A DNA stretch of 61,272 bases, the filler included, from Sphacelaria rigidula (lineage: Eukaryota): the NCBI GenBank assembly GCA_964200075.2. It is 10 parts of 10 records of this genome, joined end to end, with 100 filler letters (N's around TTAATTAATTAA, not from the genome) between each part and the next. Parts side by side here need not be neighbours in the genome. Positions count along the whole stretch, not along the records: positions 18,415 to 24,451 come from CAXNAA020022641.1; positions 24,552 to 30,588 come from CAXNAA020022642.1; positions 30,689 to 36,725 come from CAXNAA020022643.1; 7 more parts are not named here. The stretch is one strand, 5' to 3'. How positions within the stretch are numbered: the first letter of the stretch is position 1; every line of letters starts with the position of its first letter. Below, piece by piece: positions 23,706-35,185 of the stretch. Made by a program: the position numbers and the translations under genes. Below the pieces are notes generated by a model that was not told the origin of the DNA, searched no databases, and worked only from the letters and a program-made list of their open reading frames with translations.

Positions 23706-26067
23706 GGCGACGAGCGGTAGAGCGGCCGTGTGTTGCGGGATCGTAGCCGTTGAAATCTCGAAATGAGGCAAGAGTTGTTGCGGTACAAGGGAGAAATGGG
23801 CAACCGTAACCAGCGATTCTTTATTTGTATGCGTTGGATTCGAAACGCCCGTGGCCATGAGTGTAAGTGTTGTGCAGGCTGTGAGCGGTGTTGGACGACG
23901 TGAGTGTGAGCCTCTCTGGTGGCCAAGATGCGTCGCTTGTGTAGGCTGTTATGGTCGTGGACGTGCCGCGGTAGTGCCTCGAGAAAAAACACGAAAAATA
24001 TTTGTATTCCAATTCCACATGGCGGCAAATGTCCCCATTAAGGTACGATTGAGGCACCTGACGGGAAAAACCCTGGTTCGTGGGAACCATGACACGTAAA
24101 ACAATGCCCAGAGTATCCGGAGAAAGGCAAGTTGATCCTCCATCACCCAATCTCTTGAAAATCGAAAAGTAGTCAAACGAAGTTGCAGGAATAGATGTAC
24201 AGTATGGCTCTTTTGACACGAAAAATGCGGCCGAAACACCCTCTGTTTCAACTACGGTACACTTGACGCAGCTTTTGATATCTCGCGATTTTATATGACT
24301 CAGACCTTCTCCTTTGGCACACGTGTTGATGAGATTCGTGCAGTCCGTAGTGACAAAAAAAAAAAAAAAAAGGAAAATTCAATGCGGGAATGAAGATCGC
24401 CAAGACATGTCCCCCTTTTTTTTTTCTTTTTTTTCTCACTAATTTATTTTTNNNNNNNNNNNNNNNNNNNNNNNNNNNNNNNNNNNNNNNNNNNNTTAAT
24501 TAATTAANNNNNNNNNNNNNNNNNNNNNNNNNNNNNNNNNNNNNNNNNNNNGTGTGGGCGGGGGTACTGGGGGTTTTTGTTGTTTTGGCCGCCTGGACTG
24601 TGTTGTGTGGTTGTGGGGGGGGTGGGGGGGGGGGGGGGGGAGAGTCTGACCAATTTTGTTGAACGTGATTATGGAGTGATGTTGTCGGTGAACATGAATA
24701 TTCATGTGTGTGATGAGTGACACACACATGCACGCATATTCGGGTGTTTGCTCATGGTGACTCAACAGCACACTGCGGGGCGTAGCCATGTCGGTTCATG
24801 CGTAGGTGGCGGTGGCGTTACTCTTTCGCGCGTCGAAGTAGATACCTTAAACCTTTTTCGTTTTGATTTGTACAATGACAACAGTTACCTGTCCTGTTAT
24901 CGCAGCTGGGTGCCCGTAAAGATCAATTCCATCGTTCAAAGCTGTCGGGCGGGAAAACGTGGCCGAATCTGAGACCGAACTGTACGCCCCGCTCTTGTAC
25001 ACATGGTCGCTGTTGCTTATGCTTCTGCGTTTGCTTTGCCCAAACGACACACTATCATCGCATTTAGCACACCTGATTATTCGTATCATCACGGAACACA
25101 ACATGTTGACTTCCTTCACTGCCTCTCACGAGCCACAGACTCCGGACGCTGGTACGGTCTACTGCTCATTCTTGACTTCCGATCGTGCTCAGGGAGTGGA
25201 ATATTACGACACCCTGACCAACCCGGGGGGGTGGGGCTCGTTCTCTTCTGTTGTCCCGACGTCTCTGTTTTATTGTTTTGTTTTTTTGGGTCTCAGAAGT
25301 AACCGATCAATAGCGTTTCCATCTAAGGAATAATAGCGACGGTGCCCGAAAGGCGAGCCTACTTCTGTGACTACGGGTTTCAGAGATCGGGCTAATGTAC
25401 GAAAATGATGGTAATGCGAACCGTCAGTCATGAAGCACATGTGAAGGCCAACCTAGACTACGTCGTCGATTGATGGAGTGACTATTATCATCGTCACGCA
25501 TCAGCCCATCCGCGATGAACCCAGCGACGATTGCGTTTCGTTCTTGGATGCTGCGGTTATAAGCTGCAGCGCGTCCTTCACCCTCACATGACAGAGATTG
25601 CTGCTTTAAGTAGTATCAGATGCACCCGTGGACACTGGTGCGCCCCATCTTACTCAGAACAGATGACGTGTAGGTTGTAGTATCTATAGCTTCTCCCTCG
25701 GTATACAGTGCACGGAGCGTGTGCAGACGCGACGTAGACTTGGAGTGAGTATGCCTTTCAGAGTATTGTAGAGCTTGGGGCAAGGAGTGAACTGAGAGGC
25801 GGTGAGCGCGGGACGCCGCACCCTGAGTGAGGAGTACGTCCATAACCCCGAACTGGGTATTGGAATATGACGGGGCCGGGTTGACGGGGCCGGGTCACCA
25901 GTCTGCGAGTGGGGTCCTTTGGAGGTGGTTATCACAGTAGTAGTGACACGAAGCAACTTGCATGGTCACCGAATGGAGTACTGTACGTGATGAAGAGTCG
26001 AGGTGGTGTCAACCGCAAGAGAAGGTTTCCTACCGACAGGTGTTATCCCCATGCGTTCGTTGTGCAG

Positions 26068-26217
26068 GTGTCGCACGAAGCTCTAGTACAAGATTTTGCG
26101 CGGGCAGTGGTGATTAGGCTTGTGGAGGTGATCGCCTTGCCTCTGGCGATCTCGGTTGGCGTGTACCTGTGGAAAGCGCGTATCCCGACCGCGGATGCGG
26201 ATTCTCCTCGGCCAGAG
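26068..26217 (+). CDS. Penultimate exon, MARCH6/Doa10/SUD1-like ER E3 ubiquitin ligase
   Basis: TGCAG| ... GAG|GTGAGC, 150 bp, phase 0/0. Encodes the hydrophobic segment VSHEALVQDFARAVVIRLVEVIALPLAISVGVYLWK and splices in frame to the terminal exon. Confidence 0.75.
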
Positions 26218-26820
26218 GTGAGCATGGAGGGCTCCATCATATAGATACATAAATACAGACGTTCTCGGCCCATCTCTCTGCCTCTCTCTGTCTTTATCTC
26301 TCTCCCACGACCTATCAAATCTGTCAACTTCGTTTCCAAAGTGGATTTCAAGTGGAGTGATGTGCGGGCACGACTATCAGTATTTCAGGTGACCTAAAAT
26401 CCTGGGAACTCGTTACCAGGTCAATACCTCAGATACGGCGCGAGTCTCGAGTAGTTTGCTCCCAACGCTATTACATGGTCATGTTCGAGTCAAGCGGGAG
26501 AAGTGAAGATGTCACGTGCTGGAATCTTCGCAACAGGATTGCTCTGCTTCCTGGCCAGCTTCGAACCGAGACACATGAAGATTACACCCTTATTCCGTCT
26601 GGATCATGTGATATCTGGGAGATTTGTAAATATCTGGAACCGAAATGCTCTGCTCGGGACAATGAAAAGAAAATGCGGTCATTTCGGACGACCGCAAAAA
26701 GTCAGCTATACCATATAATATCGCCCCCCATTCTCTTTTTCGTGAGCTGTTCTCGTCCCACTGCTGCTTCGTGTTGTGTATTTTGGGATGTTGATTTTTT
26801 TTATTTATTTCTCGTTGCAG

Positions 26821-26982
26821 CTGGTGCACTTCCGAATCGCCCTCTTGGCCATGTTGCTATGGCACATGTCGAGTTATCTGGTGGGCCCTGCGGCGAAGTG
26901 GCTGAAGAACCTGCACGACAGCGTCCGTGACGACCGTTACCTGGTGGGCGTGAGACTTCAAGACCATTCTGACAAGGTGTGA
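26821..26982 (+). CDS. MARCH6: Terminal exon, MARCH6/Doa10/SUD1-like E3 ligase
   Basis: Polypyrimidine tract plus TTGCAG acceptor. A TM helix is followed by WLKNLHDSVRDDRYLVGVRLQDH*, matching the conserved Doa10/MARCH6 C-terminal element (LHxxIRDDxYLxGxRLxN). Confidence 0.85.
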   Translation: MVHFRIALLAMLLWHMSSYLVGPAAKWLKNLHDSVRDDRYLVGVRLQDHSDKV

Positions 26983-29096
26983 CGAGATGGCAAACGGGGA
27001 TGAAATTCTGGTGATCTGCCCATGCGTGGACAATGACAAAACCAAATGAAGGTCAATCGCGTGGACAGCGACCAAAAAGAACCGGGGAACAAGGCTTTGG
27101 AGGCATGAGTGAAATTGTGCCCTTATCGATGTTGTATGCACGAATAATATGATGGTTGTCTCATTCTAGTTCATGTGGACGTCAGTTCAAGGTTATAGAT
27201 GCACGCGACTTGAACACTTGAAAGGAAAGTAATTGAGATTCATTATTGTGTGTCTACTTCCGTCTCACGTCGATTTCTTTTTCTTTTTTTTCAAAAGCGT
27301 TTGGAGCGCGTTTGAAGGTGGACGTCTCCACTCACGACGTTACAGAGAGGATGTATACGTCGGGTGCTCTTGGTAGAATGGAATCATTCACGTCCGCCCT
27401 CTAGCAAAGTGACGTTCAAACTCGGTCTTCTGCTGGTCAGTACGTACCTACAGGAGAGGACGGCATGGTACCGTAAGACGCTCTCAAAGAGTTCGCACTG
27501 TTGTTGTTTCCATATATACTCGTCACGAGGAAGCTTTATGGCTGCTGCCTTGCTTGGGTTACTATTTTACGGTCCCCGTGGGAATTTTTTTCACAGTATA
27601 GGGTTTACATGTTACTGTACTTCATATTGATGGAAAAAATGTTCGAGTTTGGATTTTTGGCAAAAAAAAGGATGAACGTCGTCAGCGTGCTTTTATCGCG
27701 CGAAATAAATATGCAAGGTTCACCCCCACCTCGTCTTTTCCGGCACACGTTGTGTCGATCTCATTACAGCGTAGAGCAGGGGTCGATTCGAGAATTGAGG
27801 GGGAAAATCACCGTCTGCTGTTGGACGGGATTAATGGGAGTCACTGTATGACGGCGGTTCACGAACGACCCCGTCACGAACCTGACACATGTATAGATTT
27901 GTCTTGTTGCTGGCGGTTGGTCACCCGAAGCATACCTGAAAGATAATCCGATGCGTGAACTTAGTACCGCCATGCATGACAATTTTCTAATGCGTCCTTA
28001 ATTTCCTGCTTTGGCTGCTACAGCTTGTCCCTTCATATATTCAATGTGTCCTACTAGGCATGCTTGAATTTAAAGTTGTATTTGCCTTCCTTGTGGAACC
28101 CCCCCCGCCCCCCCTGCTTGATGTGCCCAGTCCACAACCGAGCGCGGTCAAAGCTTTTTCGGTACGAGGCTGCCATGAGGTGCTCCAGCGGCCACAGCCG
28201 CGGGAGGGGTGGGTGGCCCTCGTGGAAGACGCGCCAAGTTCTTGAAGCACAAACAGATACATTCACGCTAGATACGTTACGGTACAGTCGATGATTGCTG
28301 TCACCGGAGAAACAGACAGGCGGAGAGAGAGAGAGAGAGAGAAAAAAAAAAGGAGGGAGAGAAGGCAAGCGCCCAAATATATAGTACCTTGGCTATGCAC
28401 GCAAGATTTGACGGGGAAGGGAGGCGGAGGGGGGAGGGAGGGAGGGAGGGAGGGAGGGAGTTGCACAAGGTTTGTGGGTAGTAGTCGCAGGCGAGTGTGT
28501 GCTGTTGTGTTTCATTCTTTGTTTGCAATCGGGAAATGGGCCGCGGAAATGGAACATGACGGAACGTCACCGCTGGGAAGGCATACACTCCACTTTCGAT
28601 ATACATGTGTGAAGGTTGGAGGCGAGAGGGCAGTAAGTGGCCCAAATGTAAGATATATCGACCGGTCCTCGGGTAATTTTGCGCAGGGATACTCGGGGTT
28701 GAAGAACTTTTCTATTTCTGGATGATTCTACAAGGAAGGTATCGACTCGAGTAGGAAAGGAGGGGCGGGAGGGGAGGGGGGGGAAGGACTCGCGCGGACG
28801 TCGAGCACAACCGTACGGTACTTCATGGGGGGGAGGGGGGGGGAGGTGCATTCCAGGGTGTTGTACCACGGTACCTGAATTTTGACCTTTTGTTCCAGCA
28901 ATGCACAAATGTTGGCGGTTTCAGGCAGGTTGCACAATTCGGACGAGGAGATGTGTTTTCGGTTGTACACCGCTTCATACGTGCGGCACGGCGACCGCGG
29001 TTGCAACTAGAAGTCTTGGCGGTACGCCCCGTGTTTTTCTCGTCTCGTGTCCCCGTGACCCATTGTACGTGCGATCACAGCAGTTCTATCGTGAAC

Positions 29097-29340
29097 AGTC
29101 GTGATAGCCGCTAGCGTTTTGGTCCGGACCGGGCCCTGTCATCATTATATTTAGTAAGTACTGGGGGCCAGACCTGGCCTTATCGCGGTAGCTGTTAGTG
29201 TTGCGGGTCGGACCGGGCCTCATCGCGATAGCTGCTAGTGTTGCGGGCTGGACCGGACCTCATCGCGACAGTTGCGGGTCGGACCGAGCCTCGTCATGAA
29301 TGCTAGTATAGTGTTGCAGAACCGACTAGACCGGACCTCA
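29097..29340 (+). repeat. 40-bp minisatellite, about 5-6 degenerate copies
   Basis: Units 29181-29220 and 29221-29260 (catcgcgatagctgctagtgttgcggg..ggaccgg.cct), with partial units on each side. Confidence 0.85.
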
Positions 29341-31148
29341 CCGGTGGCTTCAACGCCCTGATGAATTTTTTCTCGTGCTCTAGTGCTGTATACTTTCCAC
29401 GGTGCAAGTTTTGTTCGAGGTGACAGTAGCGCATTGTGAAATAGAGCTGTTATGTACTGTACTGTATCGCATTATAAAGAAGTAGAACCTAGATCGCGAA
29501 CGATTCGAGCAGTTTGATCGACAGTTCATTTTATCGTAATGCAATAACGCTACTCGTACAGTAAAAATAAATCTACAAAAGAAATATACGGATTTGAGTA
29601 GAGTATGACGGGCACATCAGTGCATGGATTGAGGTTGTTTGTGTCAAATTCCTGCAGAATACACAACTGTTTTCCTTGGAATGATACTTCTGTCTTCAGT
29701 TTTGTCGTGTGCACCCGTGCGCGGGGTGGGTTGCTGTTGCTTCAATTTCACGATGCTCATGTCAAGCATGTGTGCTCCACACGTGAAGGCTCTGTACGCG
29801 TGCCAAGCAAGTATACGTATTTGCGTACAGCCAGAGCTATGAACCACTGGTAGCTGATGGGACGCTGCTGCTGCTGCCGCTGCTACTGTAGGTCACGTTC
29901 ACCCCTGGGGTGTGACGATTATCACATTACAACATGAGCAAGAGATCCGTGGAATGGTCCCACGATTGGGGGGGTGTTTGGGTCCACGAAAAAATGGGGT
30001 CACGAAAGTGTGCTACACGACCATGCACACTGCTGCAGTAACGGACTGCTACGTGGGTGGAAACGGTGTCATGCGGTTTGCGAAGAGACTTGATACTGGT
30101 GCGAGGAGCATTTATATGGATATACCCACTTGCAGTGGCGTTTCATAGTGGCCCCTTCGTGCAACAAGCGGCTCGAAACAACCCCCCCCCGCCATCTGGT
30201 TGCCTAGGGTCAGTCTGTTGCGTGTGAAAGCTTTTTATGGTAGAGTTAGGAGTTTAGCTTGTGAAAAACTGTCGGATTTATGTCTTCATTTGCCTCGAGA
30301 GAGCTCCGGTCCAAAGAGTGGTTGAAGGTTGCAGCAAGTGATCAATTTGTCAAATACACACCCGTGCTATGTAATGTACGCGACAGGAAGGCGGGAAGCT
30401 GGATAAATTTTGTGAGTGACAAGTAAATACTAGTTGAATACGGCAACAGCAGTAGTAGAAGCGTCTTGGGAAAAACGATGTGATTGATGGCTGCTTTTTC
30501 TCGTCTCCCAAGAGCTCCCCCCGTTAGCCACCCATGAGGCAGTGTAAAAGCCGTGGCTGTCTCTGGAAGTGGCGATACCACAAAATAANNNNNNNNNNNN
30601 NNNNNNNNNNNNNNNNNNNNNNNNNNNNNNNNTTAATTAATTAANNNNNNNNNNNNNNNNNNNNNNNNNNNNNNNNNNNNNNNNNNNNTTTGTTTTTTTT
30701 TGCGTGTCTTTTTTTTTGTCGTCGCGGTTTGTGGGGGTGGGGGGGGGGGGGGGGGGGGGGTTGTGGGGGGGGCACGTGATCGGAATATAGTTTCAAGTAC
30801 GGCTTCACGAAGCGCTGCCTGTATCACACTCTTGAAGCGATTTTTCTTCTGGCAGGAAAAGCTGGCCCGTTTCTGTCATTTTTTTTTTCGGAATAAATGC
30901 CGAAGTTTTGCGTACTACCTTGGCCCGCCCGCGACCGTGATGCCTGCGATGAATTGTGTCTAAACTTAATTTTTGTCTACACACATCGGCTCAAGAGGGG
31001 GTAACTGTCACGTTGGTGCGAAGCGGGGTTGGGCGAATGTTCGCGACTGATCCTTCTTGCTTGTGGGAGGCTGCGTTGGAGAATGTCGATGCTTGACTTC
31101 GTTTCATCTCTCCTTCTTTGCGATCGATGCCTTGGCATGGCTGGACAG

Positions 31149-31297
31149 ATTACTTTCTACTTTTTTCATTGGACGAAGGGATCGCCAGACGACATGAGCC
31201 AAGGAGAGTGGAACGGATTAACATTTTGGGAGCAGTTGGACGCCGGCGTGCCGTGGACGAAAACGAAGAAGTTTCTCATGGTTGTTCCCACAGTGTT
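31149..31297 (+). CDS. ORMDL: ORMDL/ORM1-family sphingolipid regulator, internal exon
   Basis: CAG|ITFYFFHWTKGSPDDMSQGEWNGLTFWEQLDAGVPWTKTKKFLMVVPTVL|GTGAGT. HWxKGxP, LTxWEQxD and KFLxxVP are ORMDL signatures. Confidence 0.95.
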
Positions 31298-31948
31298 GTG
31301 AGTACCATGAGTATATGGTAGTACCAAGATGCAGGGGAATCCTGTCGGCAGCTGCCCATCCACGGGAGTCGTATGTCAGGACGAGCAACTACTTGTAGAG
31401 ATAGTCGAGGCCCGAAGATGTTCAGCACCCCGGCAGTCGAGGGTGATATCAGCCCATAGTCCACGGTAGTTTTGGGGGATGAGTCTGCGGTAGTCAAGCC
31501 ACTCGGCCTGCGTTGGCGCCTCGTGACCCCAAAGCGAGGAATATGCCACAAGTTTTGGTGCTTGGTCCCGTGGGCAGATCATATCTGTACAAAGGCTCCA
31601 TTCAACCACTCGCGTGGTGTGTAATACGGTATAGGTGAAGCCATCCAGCCTTCCGGGAAAGAAAACAGAAGTAGATGGACAACATGGGGAGTGGAATGGG
31701 ATGGCCGTTATTATGTCAAAGCGGTTGCGGTCTATATTTTGTTAGTGAGCGTGCCTGTGGGTATGTCCCGCGCACTCAGTGACCTCGCCGTCAGTGACCA
31801 TCGTCGAGCTTCTTTATTTTTCCTTGTTTTTCTTTCTCTGGGTACTTGGTGGATGCCCCGCATTTTTTTACTGTGGGCTCCCTAAGCCAGCATCAAGAAA
31901 AATACAATTAAGTTGTGTACGTGCAATAGATGTCCCCCCCCCACACAC

Positions 31949-32024
31949 TAGGAGTAGGAACGGTGCTCCGTCTCGCAAGGGATGCGTGGTCAATGGTCAA
32001 GCGACTAAGGCAAGCAACAAAGTG
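31949..32024 (+). mobile_element. Short LINE 3' fragment in the ORMDL intron
   Basis: taggagtaggaacggtgctccgtctcgcaagggatgcgtggtcaatggtcaa...caagcaacaaagtg, flanked by C9-AC and C8-AC. Confidence 0.9.
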
Positions 32025-32221
32025 CCCCCCCCACCCCCCCAATTTCATCTAAAACCACAACAAGCAAGGAGCTACTGTACTCGGGATCAATTATTTACGT
32101 TTACATCCACCGACATCTGTCTAACCGAGTACGTTGCGAACACCCGAGACTCTCGACAAAGTTCTTCACTTCTCATATTGTCTGTTTTGCTTGTGTGAAC
32201 CCTAACACGTGACGTCTTCAG

Positions 32222-32390
32222 GTGTCTTGTTCCGCTCGTGGCGAGCGATTATCAGGCTCGTTACCTAGCGGTCAACGTCCCGGTGTGCTTTGTGCTTTTG
32301 CTGGCGAAGTCACCCCCCATGCATCGCGTGCGTATACTCCACATCAACGCGACGCCGGGCATCGACGACCGAGTGAAGAAAATGGACTGA
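32222..32390 (+). CDS. ORMDL: ORMDL terminal exon
   Basis: Branch point CTAAC near 32202 and TTCAG acceptor. The phase-2 join gives CLVPLVASDYQARYLAVNVPVCFVLLLAKSPPMHRVRILHINATPGIDDRVKKMD* (AKxPxMHxVRIxxIN signature). Confidence 0.93.
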
Positions 32391-32644
32391 CTGAAATAAG
32401 AAAAAAAGAGTTGTTACTGTCGCGTACAGAATATATCTCTAGGTCTAGGCGAACGAAGTAAATAAGTTGTTTCATTGTGTTGAAGTTGTTAATTCAAAAG
32501 TTGAAGAGAAGAAAAAACGTATAGGTGAACTTTTTTTTTTTTTAAAGAAAACGATATAAAAAGGCCATTTTCCGACACGAGAGGATTCTGTTGGCCGGCT
32601 GTGTGTACAACCATGAGCGGGGGGGGGGTTCCCCAACTCGCCTG

Positions 32645-32912
32645 CCTGATCCCCGTATCATGGTTGAACATACTTTGCTTTTGTCAACCCGTAGGGCTAC
32701 CCCTAACCCCACTCTAGCTCAAGGCGGACCGAAAAACCTCGAGCAAAGGGCACACATGCTATGTTCTACGCGAAGTATGAGTTGGCAAAGCTCAAATCGG
32801 CGCCACCGATTGAACGTTGGGCGAGCCCTGGGGACTGTGAGCTCTACAAAAGTCCGAATATGATGGTTGGTCCCAAGACGTAGTATTTTTCAACGTGGGG
32901 AGCCGGGTCAGC
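32645..32912 (+). mobile_element. Degenerate MITE related internally to 2034-2347
   Basis: Shares the core ccctaacc...caaggc..accga.aa.cctcg.gcaa.ggg...gttg.ca.agctcaaatcg.cgcc. Its ends are different, weak inverted repeats (ctga.cc...gttgaa.a.tact), and the right end is followed by TTA. Confidence 0.6.
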
Positions 32913-35109
32913 TTAGTTCTTCACTTTGCGTGTTTTGTCCGTACCGATCCCCCCCGCGATATATACATGGTCAAAATAAGGGCATCCTTCTCCTCCCCGA
33001 GACGAGAAAGAGAGGTGCTGACTGCACCCAGTCCTGATAGCTGTTGAGCTTCGCACATGTAATCTACAGTTGCAACCGTGGCTTATTCTGTGGGTGGGGC
33101 GCGTTTGATTCACCACCTTGATCGCGAGGGTTTCATCTGGGTCATGCATTAATTTTTCAAGTGAAATTGATGCCTATTCAACTGATGACTTTTGCGGGCA
33201 GCCGATGGCTTAAACTCCCGTTGGTATGTGCGCATGGGGATAGGATGCAGCTACATATTGGGTTCAAGTCAATGAAGTAGACAACGAGGTTGAAGATAAT
33301 AGCCAGGGGGCGGGGGGTTACGTGAGTGGGCTGGAGGCGATGGAGCACTGATGTACCGCTAGAGCTCTCGCACACGTCCGGTGTGGTGTTTATCTCCGAT
33401 CGAAGGTGGTCTCGCGCATGCCCCAGGTGTTACCGTCAAACGCCGGAAACAAACCCTGGTTTGCCTTGAAAAAATATATTTGAGTCCGAGCGTGTTTGGG
33501 GTTGCCTCGCGGTATGTAGCTGCCGTTCTGTGGCCTGAAGTTATTTGTAAGTCTCTTACCATGGGCCGTAATGCCTTCACGGTGGGGCGTTGTGTACAAG
33601 GTGTGTGTGTGTGTGTGCGTAGGAGAGAGGGGGAGAGGGGGAGGCGGAGCGAGTACGTGAATCCCACGACTTGCGCCCGTGTTTCGATTTTTGGAAAACC
33701 TGTTACAGTACTATTCAACCATTTTTGGCCGTCCTCTCCTTTTCCCCCATCTATTTTCGTGGCACCGTATGTAGAGCCGTGTTTTGTTTTGTGAACACCC
33801 GGCATCATTATCATTGCCAAGTAAAAAATTAACAAAAATTCGGGGATACGTTGAGCTGTCGAGCAAGTCCCAATACTTGGCGGTGATGTTGCCCTCCCGC
33901 TGGGTTCCGCTATTTTTTGCAAACAAAGGAGGGCTGCGGTTTCTTGCTCGCCTTTGCTTAGCTCTGCTCTGCATCTTTGATTTGCCAAGCTCGAACGAGC
34001 CTGGATGTATGTATGCCGGGTATGTGTTCGTGTGTGACTACGATTGTGTGATTGCTCCTTGGGGGCACGGGTGCTAGGGTATCCACGTACAACAGCTCTG
34101 GCGTCCCTGCACTGGGTGTAATCGGCCTTAAACTTGTATATATACAGCTGATTTGGAGGGGAATTCATGCGTTGTATTTTGGGTGCCGTTGCTATTTTCC
34201 TAGTGCTTTACACTGGAACAGTTTGCAGGCACGAGAGGAGGAAACAATGCGGATCGAGACCGCGTGTGCGTGTGTGTGCAGTTCTTTCTTCATGCTTTGT
34301 GGGTCTTATCTTCTAATGGAACGAGGCGAGCTAGCAAGCAAGACGCAATATGACAGTTCAACTTTGCCTTGTTGCCGTGTCGGCTAAACTGTTGGAGACC
34401 CCTTTATCGAATTCTCGATTATCCGCAGGTTTTGCCACTATCAACAATGTTTTCGTGATATTGAGAGTCTCACGTTCCTTGAGAGTGACTTTTATCATTT
34501 GTCTCAACTTGACCAGTTTTTTTTCTTGTTGTGTGTGTGCTTTTCTCTTTCTGTAACACTGTCGTGTGCTCACAGTACACGTACATGTCGATATCCTAGT
34601 CAGGGATATCGACGGTTCCATCAGTGGCAAGCTATCACAGAAAGCGTATCGGGCCTCGCAAAAAGCCCGCACGGGGCATTTCGGAACAGGAACAAATTCA
34701 TTCATTCATTGACCGCTTCTCACTTTCAATCGTATCCTAGACTCAATCTCACGAAAACACTGCTTATCCTGCATCTAGCTTACGGCCCTGTATTCACAAA
34801 TGACGCCCTCATTTATATACGAGCTACGCCAGATGACAGTAATTCTTGAATATTTTCGCGTCCGGCGGTGCTAAATTTGAGGAGCTAGGCGATGGAATTT
34901 CGACACATGTTTATCAATACGCACATAATCTCTCGGGATGCAACGGAAAAAAACGTTTGAGCGATCTGAAATTTCAGTATTGACTGAACAGAGGTCATAA
35001 CTGCGTGTAAAAAACGAAAAACGGCGGCATCCCCTTTAACGTCGTACGTCCTTGCGTGCAGGAGATCCTGGCAAAACGTCGCCCAACAACTCCTGAAGTT
35101 GGGCCCGCT

Positions 35110-35185
35110 TAGTGCGCGCTTGTAATCGTGGTGACATAAACGGGAGACTGGAGTTATGAAGGTTACGAGTTCGAATCCCGACAGA
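35110..35185 (+). other. tRNA-like relic with Pol III B-box
   Basis: GAGTTCGAATCCC at 35167-35179, followed by TTTTT about 15 bp later. No convincing cloverleaf. Confidence 0.3.

Noticed and set aside
24906..25151. Further upstream MARCH6 exons
   Set aside because: Acceptor-like AGs and a hydrophobic frame exist, but I could not build a phase-consistent model with a recognisable motif.
29097..29340. Possible CRISPR array
   Set aside because: Units are head-to-tail with no unique spacers, there are no cas genes, and the context is eukaryotic. It is a minisatellite.
34860..35039. Kolobok/piggyBac-like end (...CCCCTTTAA)
   Set aside because: No matching opposite end found in the contig.
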